Origin: Pseudobdellovibrionaceae bacterium
GTDB lineage: Bacteria; Bdellovibrionota; Bdellovibrionia; Bdellovibrionales; Bdellovibrionaceae
Assembly (NCBI GenBank): GCA_044359815.1
Contig: JBIKLL010000013.1
Span: 1-50,395 of the forward strand
Direction: 5' to 3'
Length of the DNA stretch: 50,395 nucleotides
This document shows, in pieces, positions 49,048 to 50,395 of this stretch. A program made the position numbers and the translations under genes. The notes beneath the pieces are model-generated. The model was not told where the DNA came from. It did no database searches and saw nothing but the letters and a program-made list of their open reading frames with translations. The number at the start of each line of letters is the position of its first letter. The first letter of the stretch is position 1.

Positions 49048-50100
49048 TCATTCCTCATTTGGAATTACTCTAGATTTTACCTTAGCAGCATAAACTTTTT
49101 GAACCCGTTCATCATCATCTTCGTCAAAAATATCCCCAACCACTTCCTCAAGGATGTCCTCCAAAGTAACAATACCAAGACGCTCCCCCGTGGACGACAC
49201 AACCACTGCCATGTGATTCCGTTTGTCTTGTAACAATCGCATAACACCAAGAGCTGAATCTGTCGGTTGTACCTGTAAAACGGGTCGAATCAAAACATTC
49301 CAATTTAGCTCGCCTGATTCTTTCAGAGCATTAAATTCCTTAGTGTGCAGAAGACCCGCAACATGGCCGTTGTCCTTTACCGGTAGTCTCGTATGGCCAG
49401 AGGTAATTACCAGCTGGGTGACTTCCTCCATGGATGATGTCTTTTGAACCGACACCACTTGCGCCCATGGCAGAAGGATGTCTTTGATTCTCTTTTTCTC
49501 AATGTCAGCCATGTTGAGCATAAACTTCTGGTGCACTGGGGAAAGTGAGTCAATTTCAATTGGAGCATGATCGGAAGGTGGTGGTGCTGTGGATTTTCTA
49601 AAGAAAATTTTCAAAATCTTTTTTGTTGACCACTCAAGGAGCGAAATGATCGGTGACAAAACTCGATCCGCAACAAAAAGAACGCTTGCACCCGCAAGCA
49701 CAATCTTGGTCGGATTGCGAAGTGCAAGAGTCTTAGGCACAAGCTCCCCCACCACCACGCTCAAATAAGTAATCGGAATGACCACCAAGGTAACCGACAA
49801 CACTTCGGCAGTTCTTTCTGACATATTTAAAGTCTGCATGAAATAGGGTTCAAGAGTTTCACTGGCTCCAGCACCACCAACCGCTGCCGCAATAGCACCA
49901 ACTAATGTAATACCAACTTGAATAGCCGAAAGGGTTCTTTCTGGATGTTCTCTTAGGGATATGAGTGCTTTTGCGGCCTTGCTTCCTGACCGAGCCAAGC
50001 CTCGCAGTTCTGATCTGGGAACTGATACAAACGCCATTTCATAAGCTGCAAACAACGCGTTCAAAAAAAGACAGATGGCGACTACTACAATTTCATCCAT
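49048..50100 (-). CDS. Hemolysin-like CNNM (DUF21) + CBS-domain protein
   Basis: NALFAAYEMAFVS, LSAIQVGIT, GELVPK, SGHTRLPV, GIVTLEDILEEVVG. Confidence 0.93.
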   Translation of the reverse strand: MDEIVVVAICLFLNALFAAYEMAFVSVPRSELRGLARSGSKAAKALISLREHPERTLSAIQVGITLVGAIAAAVGGAGASETLEPYFMQTLNMSERTAEVLSVTLVVIPITYLSVVVGELVPKTLALRNPTKIVLAGASVLFVADRVLSPIISLLEWSTKKILKIFFRKSTAPPPSDHAPIEIDSLSPVHQKFMLNMADIEKKRIKDILLPWAQVVSVQKTSSMEEVTQLVITSGHTRLPVKDNGHVAGLLHTKEFNALKESGELNWNVLIRPVLQVQPTDSALGVMRLLQDKRNHMAVVVSSTGERLGIVTLEDILEEVVGDIFDEDDDERVQKVYAAKVKSRVIPNEE

Positions 50101-50268
50101 AAAAAAACAAAGTCCTTTCAAGAAACACTGTCGGTTTAAGGTACCGGAATTTTCAAGCCGAGTCAGCAAGCACACAGACAAGTGTCTAAAGTACTGAATT
50201 CTCTAGATTTTTTGATGATTCTTCGCCAAACAAATTTTGCTTCACGACTGTGGTGCTCAGTCGATGAG

Positions 50269-50394
50269 CTAGCTATCCGAGAGCCTCTTTGCTGCTAATC
50301 GAATTCTTCTCGAAACCAACTTTTCAGCTCCAAGTGCGATCAAAAAACCACCACCACCACACAACCACTTTAAGGCGTAATCATCGATATTCAA
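50269..50394 (-). CDS. 3' end of a CDS cut by the window edge (membrane-protein-like)
   Basis: Open minus frame LNIDDYALKWLCGGGGFLIALGAEKLVSRRIRLAAKRLSDS*. Confidence 0.45.
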   Translation of the reverse strand: MNIDDYALKWLCGGGGFLIALGAEKLVSRRIRLAAKRLSDS

Positions 50395-50395
50395 G

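Noticed and set aside
50101..50268. Metal-sensing riboswitch upstream of the CNNM/CBS gene
   Set aside because: No M-box, yybP-ykoY, NiCo or fluoride consensus was recognisable by eye; an Rfam scan would settle it.

Overview
About 50 kb of moderately AT-rich bacterial chromosome, most likely from a Bdellovibrionota predator (Bdellovibrio/Pseudobdellovibrio-like). The taxon is inferred from MAT-type fibre genes, F(N/Q)NC lipoproteins, an SLT lipoprotein and sigma28-like promoters. The first 9 kb hold two tandem mosaic phage-tail-fibre-like adhesin genes; the first is 5'-truncated by the window and has a ~516-bp internal duplication. A small secreted gene with an aromatic N-terminal peptide lies between them. 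The rest contains RNase P RNA (rnpB), tatA, alkA, oxyR-ahpC-ahpF, ArsR-thioredoxin-OsmC, M14, M23 and M13-like peptidases, a B12 radical SAM enzyme, a GAF-PAS kinase, a CNNM/CBS protein, a nonsense-interrupted DODA-type dioxygenase and many secreted hypothetical proteins. Best leads: (1) a possible fibre plus separately encoded tip-adhesin system; (2) a perfect 69-bp inverted repeat around a GC-rich core that recurs at ~9.13 kb; (3) a recurrent 15-bp intergenic palindrome, RTCTCA-N3-TGAGAY, often near sigma28-like promoters; (4) a 26-codon signal-peptide-like micro-ORF. No CRISPR array, tRNA, rRNA, transposase or integrase was recognised. All product calls come from motif recognition by eye, not database searches.
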